This document shows positions 1 to 8,325 of a stretch of 61,031 bases of DNA, piece by piece. Every line of letters begins with the position of its first letter. Position 1 is the stretch's first letter. A model generated the notes under the pieces. It was not told where the DNA came from and ran no database searches. It saw nothing but the letters and a program-made list of their open reading frames with translations. This stretch comes from a virus (lineage: Duplodnaviria; Heunggongvirae; Uroviricota; Caudoviricetes), in the IMG/VR virus record IMGVR_UViG_3300018411_000017; one strand, 5' to 3'. The translations under genes were made by a program, and so were the position numbers.

Positions 1-813
1 ACTTCTACTAGTGGATTGATTGGAGGATGGAAAATAGATTCGAATAAAATAAAATATGAAGTATATGACGGCGAAGGAGTTTTGTCAAATTATATACATC
101 TAGATTCCTCTTTAGGTAAAATAGAACTATTTAGTGATCAATATTATGATCCTAATGGATCAGTTTATAATAATTCAAATGCTAAAATCACATTAACTTC
201 ATATGATGGATCTTTACAAATTATAGATCCATCAACTTCAAACCAAGTCAATATGAGTCCAGCGGGGATGTATGTTAATGGGGTTGGATCATCTTATATA
301 TCAGCTTCTACTGGTTTTGACTGGAGATGTTCTATTGGCGGAATGGGGTTTGTTTCTACCGTAAGGAATTCATCTGATATGAATAGAACTATACGTTCTG
401 CTATATCTGGGAAAATATCAAATTCTTCATATGACCCATGTCCTTCTTTTGGTGGGCATTTTGAAAGATTAAGAGTTGATGGGTTAAATTTGAATACAAA
501 ATATCAAACATCATCTGGATTGTATGTTTCTGAAATAGATACGTTCATACAGTGTACTTCTGGTGATATATTGGTAAATTACTTACCAAATACGAGAATA
601 GTTGGTACAACTATTTTAATGAAATGCAATGGTTCTGGCGCTTTAAGGACTTATGTATATCCTGGTGGTGGTTATTATATATATGATGATAATAGTTCAA
701 ACTCTTATTACGATACAGACACCGGATGGCTATCTGTATTTATTTTATGTCAAGGTATAGATGGGTATCCTTCTAGATATTATTGGAGTGTTAATCAAAT
801 GTCTTATAGGTAA
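1..813 (+). CDS. Tail fibre / receptor-binding protein, C-terminal part (5' truncated by window)
   Basis: Frame is open from base 1 (TSTSGLIGGWKIDSNKI...), so the TTG at 16 is not the true start. IGGWKI motif and S/T/G/N/Y-rich beta-type sequence resemble Bacteroidota phage tail fibres; lies upstream of chaperone-like and spanin-like genes. Confidence 0.55.
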   Translation, partial: TSTSGLIGGWKIDSNKIKYEVYDGEGVLSNYIHLDSSLGKIELFSDQYYDPNGSVYNNSNAKITLTSYDGSLQIIDPSTSNQVNMSPAGMYVNGVGSSYISASTGFDWRCSIGGMGFVSTVRNSSDMNRTIRSAISGKISNSSYDPCPSFGGHFERLRVDGLNLNTKYQTSSGLYVSEIDTFIQCTSGDILVNYLPNTRIVGTTILMKCNGSGALRTYVYPGGGYYIYDDNSSNSYYDTDTGWLSVFILCQGIDGYPSRYYWSVNQMSYR

Positions 814-1229
814 TGATAACTTTAGGGAAAATAAATGATAAAAATTGCATCGAAACAAAAGTTTTTGATGAATCAGAAAATGATTTAATGAATTTGTTTT
901 TAAAAGAAAACAAAGACTGGTATTTAGTAGAAGAGATAGATCATTCAAAAATATCCGTAGATCAAAATAGCTATACCGATATAATACCCTATTTTGATGA
1001 AAAAGAAAAAATGATAAGATACAAATATAAGTTAGTAAAAAGCAATAAAGGAGTAATTAAAAGTATTTCAAAACTTCAAGATCAATTAGCTTCTTCGGAT
1101 TATAAAATTATAAAATGCTATGAGTTATTTTTATTGAATAAAGAGATGCCTTATGATGTTACAGCCCTGGCGGCAGAACGTCAATCTTTACGAGATAGCA
1201 TAAACGATTTAAAATCTCAATTAATATGA
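813..1229 (+). CDS. Putative tail-fibre assembly/chaperone-like protein
   Basis: 138 aa, coupled to the fibre stop (TAATG). C-terminal SDYKIIKCYE...MPYD...AERQSLRDSINDL pattern is typical of small proteins found after phage tail fibres. Confidence 0.45.
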   Translation: MITLGKINDKNCIETKVFDESENDLMNLFLKENKDWYLVEEIDHSKISVDQNSYTDIIPYFDEKEKMIRYKYKLVKSNKGVIKSISKLQDQLASSDYKIIKCYELFLLNKEMPYDVTALAAERQSLRDSINDLKSQLI

Positions 1230-1774
1230 CAAAATACTTAATAGGTATTATAGTATTGTTATTATTGACGGTATCAATTGGATATCGTCAATATGACAAT
1301 CTATTAAAAGAGAAAAATAGACTATCTATGAATAATACAACGCTTATGAATTCTAATAAAGAATACAAGGTTAGAGATAGTCTAAATGTATATGAAATTG
1401 GTCGTTTGCAATTGACAAAAGACGAATTTAAGGAATATAAAAAAGAATCAGAGAAACTGATTAAAGACTTAAAAATGAAAAAGTCAGATATTGTAACTAT
1501 TACAAATACTGAAATTAAAACTGTAGAAAAGATTAGATTTATATTAAAAGACAGTTGCCTTAATTATCATTCAAAATGGGCTGATGTTTCAGGGTGTATT
1601 GGTGACACTCTTACAGTTAAGACTAGAGATAGTATCTCTCAGGTTGGAGTTATAGAATATAAACATAAATTCTTATGGTGGAAATGGAAAGTAAAAGGTG
1701 TTAAACAGGTTATTATTAATCATAACCCCAATAGTAAGATCTCTTTTTCTGAGTATATTGAAATAAAAGATTGA
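1226..1774 (+). CDS. Putative spanin-like membrane-anchored coiled-coil protein
   Basis: N-terminal TM helix (YLIGIIVLLLLTVSIGY), coiled coil, and C-terminal KHKFLWWKW..NHNPNSKI segment; ATGA overlap with the previous gene. Confidence 0.5.
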   Translation: MTKYLIGIIVLLLLTVSIGYRQYDNLLKEKNRLSMNNTTLMNSNKEYKVRDSLNVYEIGRLQLTKDEFKEYKKESEKLIKDLKMKKSDIVTITNTEIKTVEKIRFILKDSCLNYHSKWADVSGCIGDTLTVKTRDSISQVGVIEYKHKFLWWKWKVKGVKQVIINHNPNSKISFSEYIEIKD

Positions 1775-1832
1775 AAAATATAGTTAATTTTAAAAAATAA
1801 TTAAATAATTTCTTTTATAAATAAAAAAGAAG

Positions 1833-1841
1833 TATATTTGC
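1833..1841 (+). promoter_or_regulatory. Bacteroidota sigma-A -7 element (TATATTTGC) upstream of the capsid operon
   Basis: Matches the TAnnTTTG consensus and sits in the 1775-1861 intergenic gap; same 9-mer at 21404 and 53322. No clear -33 TTTG. Confidence 0.6.
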
Positions 1842-1861
1842 GGAGAAATTAATCAAAATTA

Positions 1862-2161
1862 ATGTTTATGGAATATGTAGTATGTAACAGAAAGACTTCT
1901 ATCTTGAAAGACGGTAAGTCTAAATTGACTTACTTTGACATTTTGTCTAATGTCTTAGAAAAAGTACCAGCAAATGGATTGACTCTTGCTGAAATGAAAA
2001 AAGATTTTGAATTGCTAGATAAGCTTAATAATAAAGAAGAAAACGCTGTGCTAAATGGCGATGAATACGATAGACTGTCTGCTCTGATAGATGATACTAG
2101 GTGGTCTGTTAAGCATCGTGATCTTATCGAGTTTGATTCTTATTTCAAGTCTTTAAAATAA
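1862..2161 (+). CDS. Hypothetical protein (first gene of capsid operon)
   Basis: 99 aa ORF directly after the promoter; no motif recognised. Confidence 0.7.
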   Translation: MFMEYVVCNRKTSILKDGKSKLTYFDILSNVLEKVPANGLTLAEMKKDFELLDKLNNKEENAVLNGDEYDRLSALIDDTRWSVKHRDLIEFDSYFKSLK

Positions 2162-2167
2162 TGATCT

Positions 2168-3250
2168 ATGAGTGAATTTGATGATTTATTTGATGATGTA
2201 ATAGATGCTGATGGGGAGTCTGAAAATACTGATAATGAGTTTGCATTTGACGAGTCTCAGTTTGAAGATAAACCAGAAGAAACCACTTCTGAGAAAGCTG
2301 AAGAAAAACAGGAAGAATCAAATCCTGAAGACGGCGAAGCCGATTATATTAAATTTGAAGAAAACGATTATATAAATTATTTGTTATCAGCAAAAGGCGT
2401 TGATCCTCATGCTCTTTTATATGAAGATGAAGATGGCACCGAAAAGACTGTGAACTTCTACGAGTTAAGTCCTGAAGAGCAATTAAATATTCTAAACTAT
2501 AATCCAACAGCTCATGAGCTGGAAGATGATGAAATAGAAGTTATAAACTTTCTGAGAGAAAATAATATTACATTAGAAGAGTATACCGAATATGTAAAAA
2601 ATGAAGCTTTAAAAGATTTATCTGTACAGACAGCTCCTTTAACAGTCGATAGTATTTCTAATGAAGATTTATATGTAGAAGTATTAAAAGATCAATATCC
2701 AGACCTTACTGATGAAGAAATTGCTTTTGAATTAGAAAAGGAAAAAACAAATATAGATTTATTTAATAAAAAAGTTAATCAGATAAGATCTTTTTATAAA
2801 GAACAAGAAACTACCCTTGCAGCTCAAAAAGCTGAAGAGGATAGAATTAATAAAGAGAATGAGTTAAAAGAAGCTCAAACTCAAGTTGCGAGCGCTGCTG
2901 TAAGTACTAAAGATTTCTTTGGATTCGAGCTAGATGATGATGATAGAGAGGACGTGATGAAATATATTTTCAACCAAGGCGTCGATGGCAAAAGCCAATT
3001 TTTTAAAGCTCTTGAAAATCCAAATGTATTATTTAAAGTAGCGTTATACGCATTGAAAGGAGATGAAGCTCAGGGTATCCTAGAGCAGGAACTTAAAAAG
3101 ATTAAAAATAATAACAAACCACCTATTATTAAAAGTCCAGAAACTCCAAAACGCCCTAGAGTAACCTCAAGAGATGGATCTTCTAAACCGAATCAATCAT
3201 CGTCTACAAAGACAATGACGATTGACGATTTACTAAAGGAATACATTTAA
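2168..3250 (+). CDS. Acidic capsid scaffolding-like protein
   Basis: 360 aa, extremely D/E-rich, helical, basic low-complexity C-terminus, immediately upstream of the MCP as in crAss-like gene order. Confidence 0.6.
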   Translation: MSEFDDLFDDVIDADGESENTDNEFAFDESQFEDKPEETTSEKAEEKQEESNPEDGEADYIKFEENDYINYLLSAKGVDPHALLYEDEDGTEKTVNFYELSPEEQLNILNYNPTAHELEDDEIEVINFLRENNITLEEYTEYVKNEALKDLSVQTAPLTVDSISNEDLYVEVLKDQYPDLTDEEIAFELEKEKTNIDLFNKKVNQIRSFYKEQETTLAAQKAEEDRINKENELKEAQTQVASAAVSTKDFFGFELDDDDREDVMKYIFNQGVDGKSQFFKALENPNVLFKVALYALKGDEAQGILEQELKKIKNNNKPPIIKSPETPKRPRVTSRDGSSKPNQSSSTKTMTIDDLLKEYI

Positions 3251-3263
3251 GGTTATTTAAATT

Positions 3264-3815
3264 ATGCTTATTTCTAATTATTCAACTATTCGTCCCAATG
3301 AACTTGGGACAAGAACCGTCGAGGATTTTTCTAAGTTTTTAGGTGCAAAACCACATCGTTTAGGTGTTGTTGCAAGACAAAATCCCGATTTAACAACTTC
3401 GTTTTTAACGGACGCATTGATGAACATTTATGACGTACCGAGTAAAAACAAATTTCAATCAGTTAACTCATTCGTGATTGAATGGGAAATTGAGCAAAGC
3501 TTTATTAAACGTATTGAATTTGCGTCTACTCCTACCTCTTCTGGTAAGTATGGTGCTCCGGTATCGTTTGTTTTTAAAGAAGCTTATTTTGGTAAATATG
3601 ATACTTTCAGAATCGAGAAAACTCGCCAGCAAGGTATTATAGTTTCCAATCCAAATAGAGTTAGAGATAATGCCTTTGAATATCAGGTTCAGCTTGTTAC
3701 AAACAACGCTGACGAAGAGTTCGACCTGACAGGATGTGCCACTGGTGATAAAGTTCGCTGGATTGGTAATGCCCATCCTGAAATGAGTGAGGAAGGCAAT
3801 GTCAAAAATCAGAGT
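3264..3815 (+). CDS. Major capsid protein, exon 1 (184 codons; spliced product about 468 aa)
   Basis: crAss-type MCP N-terminus (TRTVEDFSKFLGAKPHRLG...IEWEIE...RIEF). Ends at U3815 (..CAGAGT), which pairs U.G with the intron guide GCTC at 3827-3830. Confidence 0.9.
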
Positions 3816-5158
3816 AAAGAAATATTGCTCCTTGCAGCTTAAAGCTGTTCGAAAAAGTTTTTTAATTGCTGGAAAATCCTATAAGTTTTATGAATTTATT
3901 TATAGGACAATCAGCAGCCAAGCTCAAGAGTGTACAAACATTTTAATGTAGTACTTGAGAAGGTTCAACGACTATCCCGGAAGGGAGTACATCTTTAAAT
4001 AGATGGAAAAGGAAACTAACTTAAAAAAGTATAAAATGAAATACATTGTTTATCAGACAATCAATTTAGTAAATAACAATATCTATATCGGAGTTCATGG
4101 GTGTGAAAACCCTGATATTTTTGATGGATATATAGGATGTGGAGTCGTAATAACAAATCCATCTTCTTATAACAAGCCTCAAACAACATTCCAATATGCA
4201 GTAAAAAAATATGGTACTTCAAATTTTAGAAGAACAATATTAAACATATTTGACACGTCAGAAGAAGCATATTCTCTTGAAAAGCAAATAGTAAACAAAG
4301 CTTTTATTAAAAGAAAAGATGTTTATAATGAAAAAGAGGGAGGGCTCTGTGGAAGTTCTTATAGTGTTAAAATAAATCAGTTTAATAAAAAAGGTGAATT
4401 CTTAAAAGAATGGAATTCCATAATTGAAGCTGCGGACTTTTATAATATAAGTCATACTGCTATACATAATGCTTATAAATATAAAAGTTGTTGTAAAAAT
4501 TTCTTTTGGTCTAAAGAGAAAAGTATTAATATTGATGAATACACATATAAAACTGACTCGAATCCAGTTATATGTTATCAATATAATTTAAGTGGGAAAT
4601 TAGTTAATACTTATAATTCTATAATAGAAGCTTCAAAAGAGAATAACACAACTGCTCCTCAAATTAGAAGAGCTATTTATGGTGGATATAGAGTTGGCGA
4701 TTATTACTATTCTTCTAAAATATATGAAAACTATACTGGTCAATCAAAAGTTTCATTAAAAAAACAACCAATATATATTTATACATTAAATGGAGAATTT
4801 GTTACTAAATTGAAAAATTCAGAAGAAATATATAATTTCTTCAATATTAAATCAACAGGAGTTGTTACTACTGCAATAAGGAATAAAAAACCTTATAAAG
4901 AATATCAGATTTCTTTAGAAAAACTAGATTCTATGCCTGAAGTAATAAATAAAAGAAACATACCAAAGAAAGTTGGTCGATACTCTTTAACTGGAGATTT
5001 ATTAGAAATGTTTGATAGTGCTACTAAAGCATGTGAAAAATATGGTAAAGTAGTTCAAAAAGCACTTAAAGGCCAACAAAAACAATGTAAAGGATTTATA
5101 TTTAAGTATATAAGTTAATGATATAGTCTACTCCTATTAGTAATAATAGGTATTATGG
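3816..5158 (+). mobile_element. Group I intron (IA2-like) 1 in MCP gene, 1343 nt
   Basis: P AATTGCTGGAAA, Q AATCAGCAGC, R GTTCAACGACTA, S ATGATATAGTCT. P7 is GACTA 3970-3974 / TAGTC 5124-5128; P7.1 TCCC-GGAA-GGGA; P8 TAACTTA/TAAGTTA; P9 CCTATTA-GTAA-TAATAGG. The guide ATATTGCTC (3822-3830) pairs GAGT|AATAT. Ends in G5158; the splice is in frame (QS|NMEIHR). Confidence 0.92.
4036..5118 (+). CDS. Intron-encoded GIY-YIG (Seg-like) homing endonuclease with NUMOD1-like repeats
   Basis: MKYIVYQTINLVNNNIYIGVH..FDGYIGCG N-terminus and repeated QF/Y..G.F..W.SI.EA units; lies in the P8 loop. ATG 4036 is preferred over 4003, which overlaps core RNA and lacks a counterpart in HEG2. Confidence 0.85.
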   Translation: MKYIVYQTINLVNNNIYIGVHGCENPDIFDGYIGCGVVITNPSSYNKPQTTFQYAVKKYGTSNFRRTILNIFDTSEEAYSLEKQIVNKAFIKRKDVYNEKEGGLCGSSYSVKINQFNKKGEFLKEWNSIIEAADFYNISHTAIHNAYKYKSCCKNFFWSKEKSINIDEYTYKTDSNPVICYQYNLSGKLVNTYNSIIEASKENNTTAPQIRRAIYGGYRVGDYYYSSKIYENYTGQSKVSLKKQPIYIYTLNGEFVTKLKNSEEIYNFFNIKSTGVVTTAIRNKKPYKEYQISLEKLDSMPEVINKRNIPKKVGRYSLTGDLLEMFDSATKACEKYGKVVQKALKGQQKQCKGFIFKYIS

Positions 5159-5419
5159 AATATGGAAATTCATAGAAATTATATCACTCGTCATCGTGCT
5201 GATATAGAATTTTCTTCTGATTTCGAAGCTCTTGAAGATACTTATATCTCTCTTGGAAAAAATGATTCAGACACTGGTACAGTTTATAAAATGAACAAAA
5301 AAGAACAGCAAGTTCTTGAATCGTTTATGATTGGTAGAAACCAGATGAATCTTATGTCGAAATGCAATGTAGACAAGAATGGAAAAGCCAGGAACTACGA
5401 TCCTGCAACAAATAGACCT
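5159..5419 (+). CDS. Major capsid protein, exon 2 (87 codons)
   Basis: NMEIHRNYITRHRADIEFS...DPATNRP, in frame with exon 1 after splicing. Ends at U5419 (GACCT), pairing with guide GGGTC 5453-5457. Confidence 0.88.
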
Positions 5420-6819
5420 AGAAAATTTAAGTTGTCAGCAGCTTAATACAATGGGTCGCATAACAGTGATGTTATGAACAATAGATTTCTCTGAATTGCT
5501 GGGAACTCTTAAGTGAAAACATAAGACAATCAGCAGCGAAGCATTGGAAAAGACAAGCTAATAAGTAGTCCCAATGAACGTTCAACGACTAGCCGATAGG
5601 CGTACACCCGAGTGGGTGGAAGTGGAGAATAACTTATAAAATATTTAAAAAAAATGAAATATATTGTATATTTGACCACCAATAAAATAAACAATAAGAT
5701 TTATATTGGTGTCCATAAAACTGAAATTGTTGAATTTGATGATTATTTGGGATGTGGTGCTTTTGCTAATTCTCCAAAAACATACAATAAAGGCAAAACT
5801 CCTTTTCATTCAGCAATATTAAAATACGGTCCAAAAAACTTTTACAGAACAACATTAAAAGAGTTTGATAATAAAAGTGATGCTTTATCTCTAGAAAGAG
5901 AGCTTGTTAATGAAGACTTTATTAAAAGAGTAGATACATATAATATCTGCTTGGGAGGAGGCGACCCACCATTATTATCAAAAAAAATATATCAATATGA
6001 TATTAATGGAAATTTTATAAAAAAATGGGATTCCATAAAGTCTATAACAACTTTTTACAACTGTAATAAAGATAGAATTACAATGGTTATTCATGATAGA
6101 AGGTCTTTCAAAAATTGCTTTTGGAGTTATGAACATTTAGATAACATTGACTTGTCTAATTATAAAATAAGCTTTCATGAAGGGACTATAAAACAATTTT
6201 CTAAATATGGAGTTTTACTTAATGAATTTAATTCATTAGAAGATATTTCTATTAAATTGGATGTTGATAAAAGAAGAGTGTCTAATGCTATTTGCGACGG
6301 AAGACTTTTGATGGACTGTTTTTTTACAAAAAATGATGATATAGATATTTTAATGGCTAATAAAAATAATAGGCAATTAAACTTGAAGAAAAAAATTTAT
6401 AGATACTCAATAGATGGAATATTTGAAAAAGAATATGATACTATGGAAAGTGCTATGAAGGAATTAAAAATAAAATTTAGTTTAATGAGCAGGTCATTAA
6501 AAAATAATGGTATAATAAAAGGGTATAGATGGAGCTTTGATAAAAAAGAAAAATTAGATGTCAAATCTAAAAACATTAAAGCAACCCCAATAGACCAATA
6601 TTCAATAAATGGTGAATTTGTAAAATCATGGAATACAATGTATGAATGTAGGAAGGAGTTTCCGTCTCTTTTAAAAGTATTGAAAGGGGATATTAAACAA
6701 ACAAAGGGATTCGTTTTTAAATATAAAGAAGTTAAAGATATAGTCTAAACTTATATGAAAATATAAGAAGTTTTATAAAAACTGATTAGCAGGTAACGTG
6801 GCTAATTTAATATTAATTA
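5420..6819 (+). mobile_element. Group I intron (IA2-like) 2 in MCP gene, 1400 nt, apparently ending in A
   Basis: P AATTGCTGGGAA, Q AATCAGCAGC, R GTTCAACGACTA, S AAGATATAGTCT. P2 CATAACA-GTGA-TGTTATG; P7 5587-5591 / 6741-6745; P7.1 GCC-GATA-GGC; P7.2 CACCC-GAGT-GGGTG; P9 CTTATAT-GAAA-ATATAAG. The guide ACAATGGGTC pairs GACCT|ATTGT. The 3' boundary is inferred from P10 and reading frame. Confidence 0.85.
5654..6748 (+). CDS. Intron-encoded GIY-YIG (Seg-like) homing endonuclease with NUMOD1-like repeats
   Basis: MKYIVYLTTNKINNKIYIGVH..FDDYLGCG; repeated IYQY..NGNFIKKWDSI-type units; ORF ends within the S/P7 element (KDIV*). Confidence 0.85.
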   Translation: MKYIVYLTTNKINNKIYIGVHKTEIVEFDDYLGCGAFANSPKTYNKGKTPFHSAILKYGPKNFYRTTLKEFDNKSDALSLERELVNEDFIKRVDTYNICLGGGDPPLLSKKIYQYDINGNFIKKWDSIKSITTFYNCNKDRITMVIHDRRSFKNCFWSYEHLDNIDLSNYKISFHEGTIKQFSKYGVLLNEFNSLEDISIKLDVDKRRVSNAICDGRLLMDCFFTKNDDIDILMANKNNRQLNLKKKIYRYSIDGIFEKEYDTMESAMKELKIKFSLMSRSLKNNGIIKGYRWSFDKKEKLDVKSKNIKATPIDQYSINGEFVKSWNTMYECRKEFPSLLKVLKGDIKQTKGFVFKYKEVKDIV

Positions 6820-7413
6820 ATTGTTATTGGGGATGGAGTTATCCCTCAATTGGAAAGATTTGCTGACAAATATGCTTATTCAAAAATGTCTACAGATATT
6901 TTTGATACAATGCTTTCTTCTATGAGACAAAAATCTAAGAAATCAATGGGTAACAAATACGTATTTGTTGCTAACGAAATGCTTTGGGATGATATCCAAA
7001 AAGCTCTTAGAGATTACCTCAAGAATTGGAAGACAAACGGAACTACTTTCTTCTCTAAAGCAGGTGGTAAAGATATTGAAATTGGAGGCTTCTTTGAAAC
7101 TTATAACATGGGTGGAAACCAGTTAACCTTTATGGTTGATAAATCTCTGTCTTTGGAGTATGATCAAAAACCTTATGGCTTCTGTCTTGACCTTACCGCT
7201 GATTTAGCATCAGGAAAACCAGCGATGGCTTCTTATGCTTTAGCAGGAAAAGAATACAAACAGCACATCCTTCGTGGTGTTGGTTCTAGTTCTGTAGAAG
7301 TTAGCTCTGTTGTAGCTGCTTCTAGAATTATAAATATTGGATATTCTTCTGTGTGTGTATTCTCACCGCATAAGAGTTATATAATTGAAGGAAACAAACC
7401 AAATAAATATTAA
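6820..7413 (+). CDS. Major capsid protein, exon 3 (197 codons plus stop)
   Basis: IVIGDGVIPQLERFADKYAYSK...YVFVANEMLWDDIQ...GGFFETY is a crAss MCP-like C-terminus. An in-frame TAA at 6814-6816 limits how far upstream the exon can start. Confidence 0.85.
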   Translation: MVIGDGVIPQLERFADKYAYSKMSTDIFDTMLSSMRQKSKKSMGNKYVFVANEMLWDDIQKALRDYLKNWKTNGTTFFSKAGGKDIEIGGFFETYNMGGNQLTFMVDKSLSLEYDQKPYGFCLDLTADLASGKPAMASYALAGKEYKQHILRGVGSSSVEVSSVVAASRIINIGYSSVCVFSPHKSYIIEGNKPNKY

Positions 7414-7425
7414 GATAACAATATG

Positions 7426-7455
7426 AGATGGGGAGCATAAGCTCCTCATCTTTAC
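7426..7455 (+). terminator. Intrinsic terminator after MCP
   Basis: AGATGGGGAGC-ATAA-GCTCCTCATCT stem followed by a short T run. Confidence 0.7.
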
Positions 7456-7475
7456 TATAAAAAAGGAAATGTTTT

Positions 7476-8315
7476 ATGACTAATGATGGTACAATTATTC
7501 GATTAAGAAACGTATACAAATTACCAAAATGCAAAATGGAGCCCTCTATCGATCCAAAAACAGGTAGACTGCCAGAACATATTATTGAATTAAAACCTGA
7601 TGGAAGCACATTTAGGGAGGCTGAGACAGAAAAAAAAGCAAAACAAATGAATCTTATGCCATTGATGGCAAACATGAATGTAGATCTCTATGATGGGATT
7701 ACGTTTGATTTAGAAGATATTTATGACCGATCCGTATGGGAAGCTATCAAGCATTCTCCATTAATCGCAGAAGAAAGATATTCTAAAGATTCAACTGGTA
7801 GATATGTGATTGATGGTGACGCAAGCCGTTATGGTTATGCAGACTGGTATATAGAAAGACCAGACAGAGAAGCTCAATCATATAATTCTAAAGTTCAACT
7901 TGTTCATAATGCTCAAGCTTATTTATTTAATGATTCTAAAGATAATCTTTATATCAAATCAAGATTGCTTGGATCAAGAATGGATGGATTGTCATATGAC
8001 GAAGTGTTAAATTGGCTATTAGAACAAGCTTCTAAAAAACCGGAACGCATTATTGATTTGTATACTGGAGCTGATACAAGATTAAAGATTATTCTTGTTA
8101 CAGCTATAGATAGAGGCGTAATTCGTAATAGCAATGGTGCTTATACGTATGGTAATATGAATATAGGGATGACTGAGGAATCTGTTATACTTTGGATGAA
8201 ACAAGCTGTTAATGCTGAATATGTTAAATCTATTGAGTTTGAAACGTTTCCAGATGCTACTACTAGTTTAGAAAGTAAAAAAGATACGCCTGCAAAGGCT
8301 ACTGTTAAAAAATAA
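7476..8315 (+). CDS. Conserved crAss-like protein downstream of MCP, function unknown
   Basis: 279 aa ORF in the usual post-MCP position; no catalytic motif recognised. Confidence 0.6.
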   Translation: MTNDGTIIRLRNVYKLPKCKMEPSIDPKTGRLPEHIIELKPDGSTFREAETEKKAKQMNLMPLMANMNVDLYDGITFDLEDIYDRSVWEAIKHSPLIAEERYSKDSTGRYVIDGDASRYGYADWYIERPDREAQSYNSKVQLVHNAQAYLFNDSKDNLYIKSRLLGSRMDGLSYDEVLNWLLEQASKKPERIIDLYTGADTRLKIILVTAIDRGVIRNSNGAYTYGNMNIGMTEESVILWMKQAVNAEYVKSIEFETFPDATTSLESKKDTPAKATVKK

Positions 8316-8325
8316 ATAACATAAA

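Noticed and set aside
1-813. Diversity-generating retroelement target in the tail fibre C-terminus
   Set aside because: No template repeat or reverse transcriptase is seen in this window; it cannot be excluded elsewhere in the genome.
1226-1774. Embedded Rz1-like outer-membrane spanin in another frame
   Set aside because: The ORF track shows no alternative-frame ORF of 60 aa or more here and I saw no lipobox; the spanin call therefore stays tentative.
6850-7413. Independent 187-aa gene starting at TTG, as in the ORF track (likewise the 192-aa and 94-aa ORFs at 3264 and 5162)
   Set aside because: These are MCP exon fragments; their ORF-track starts and ends are artefacts of the introns.
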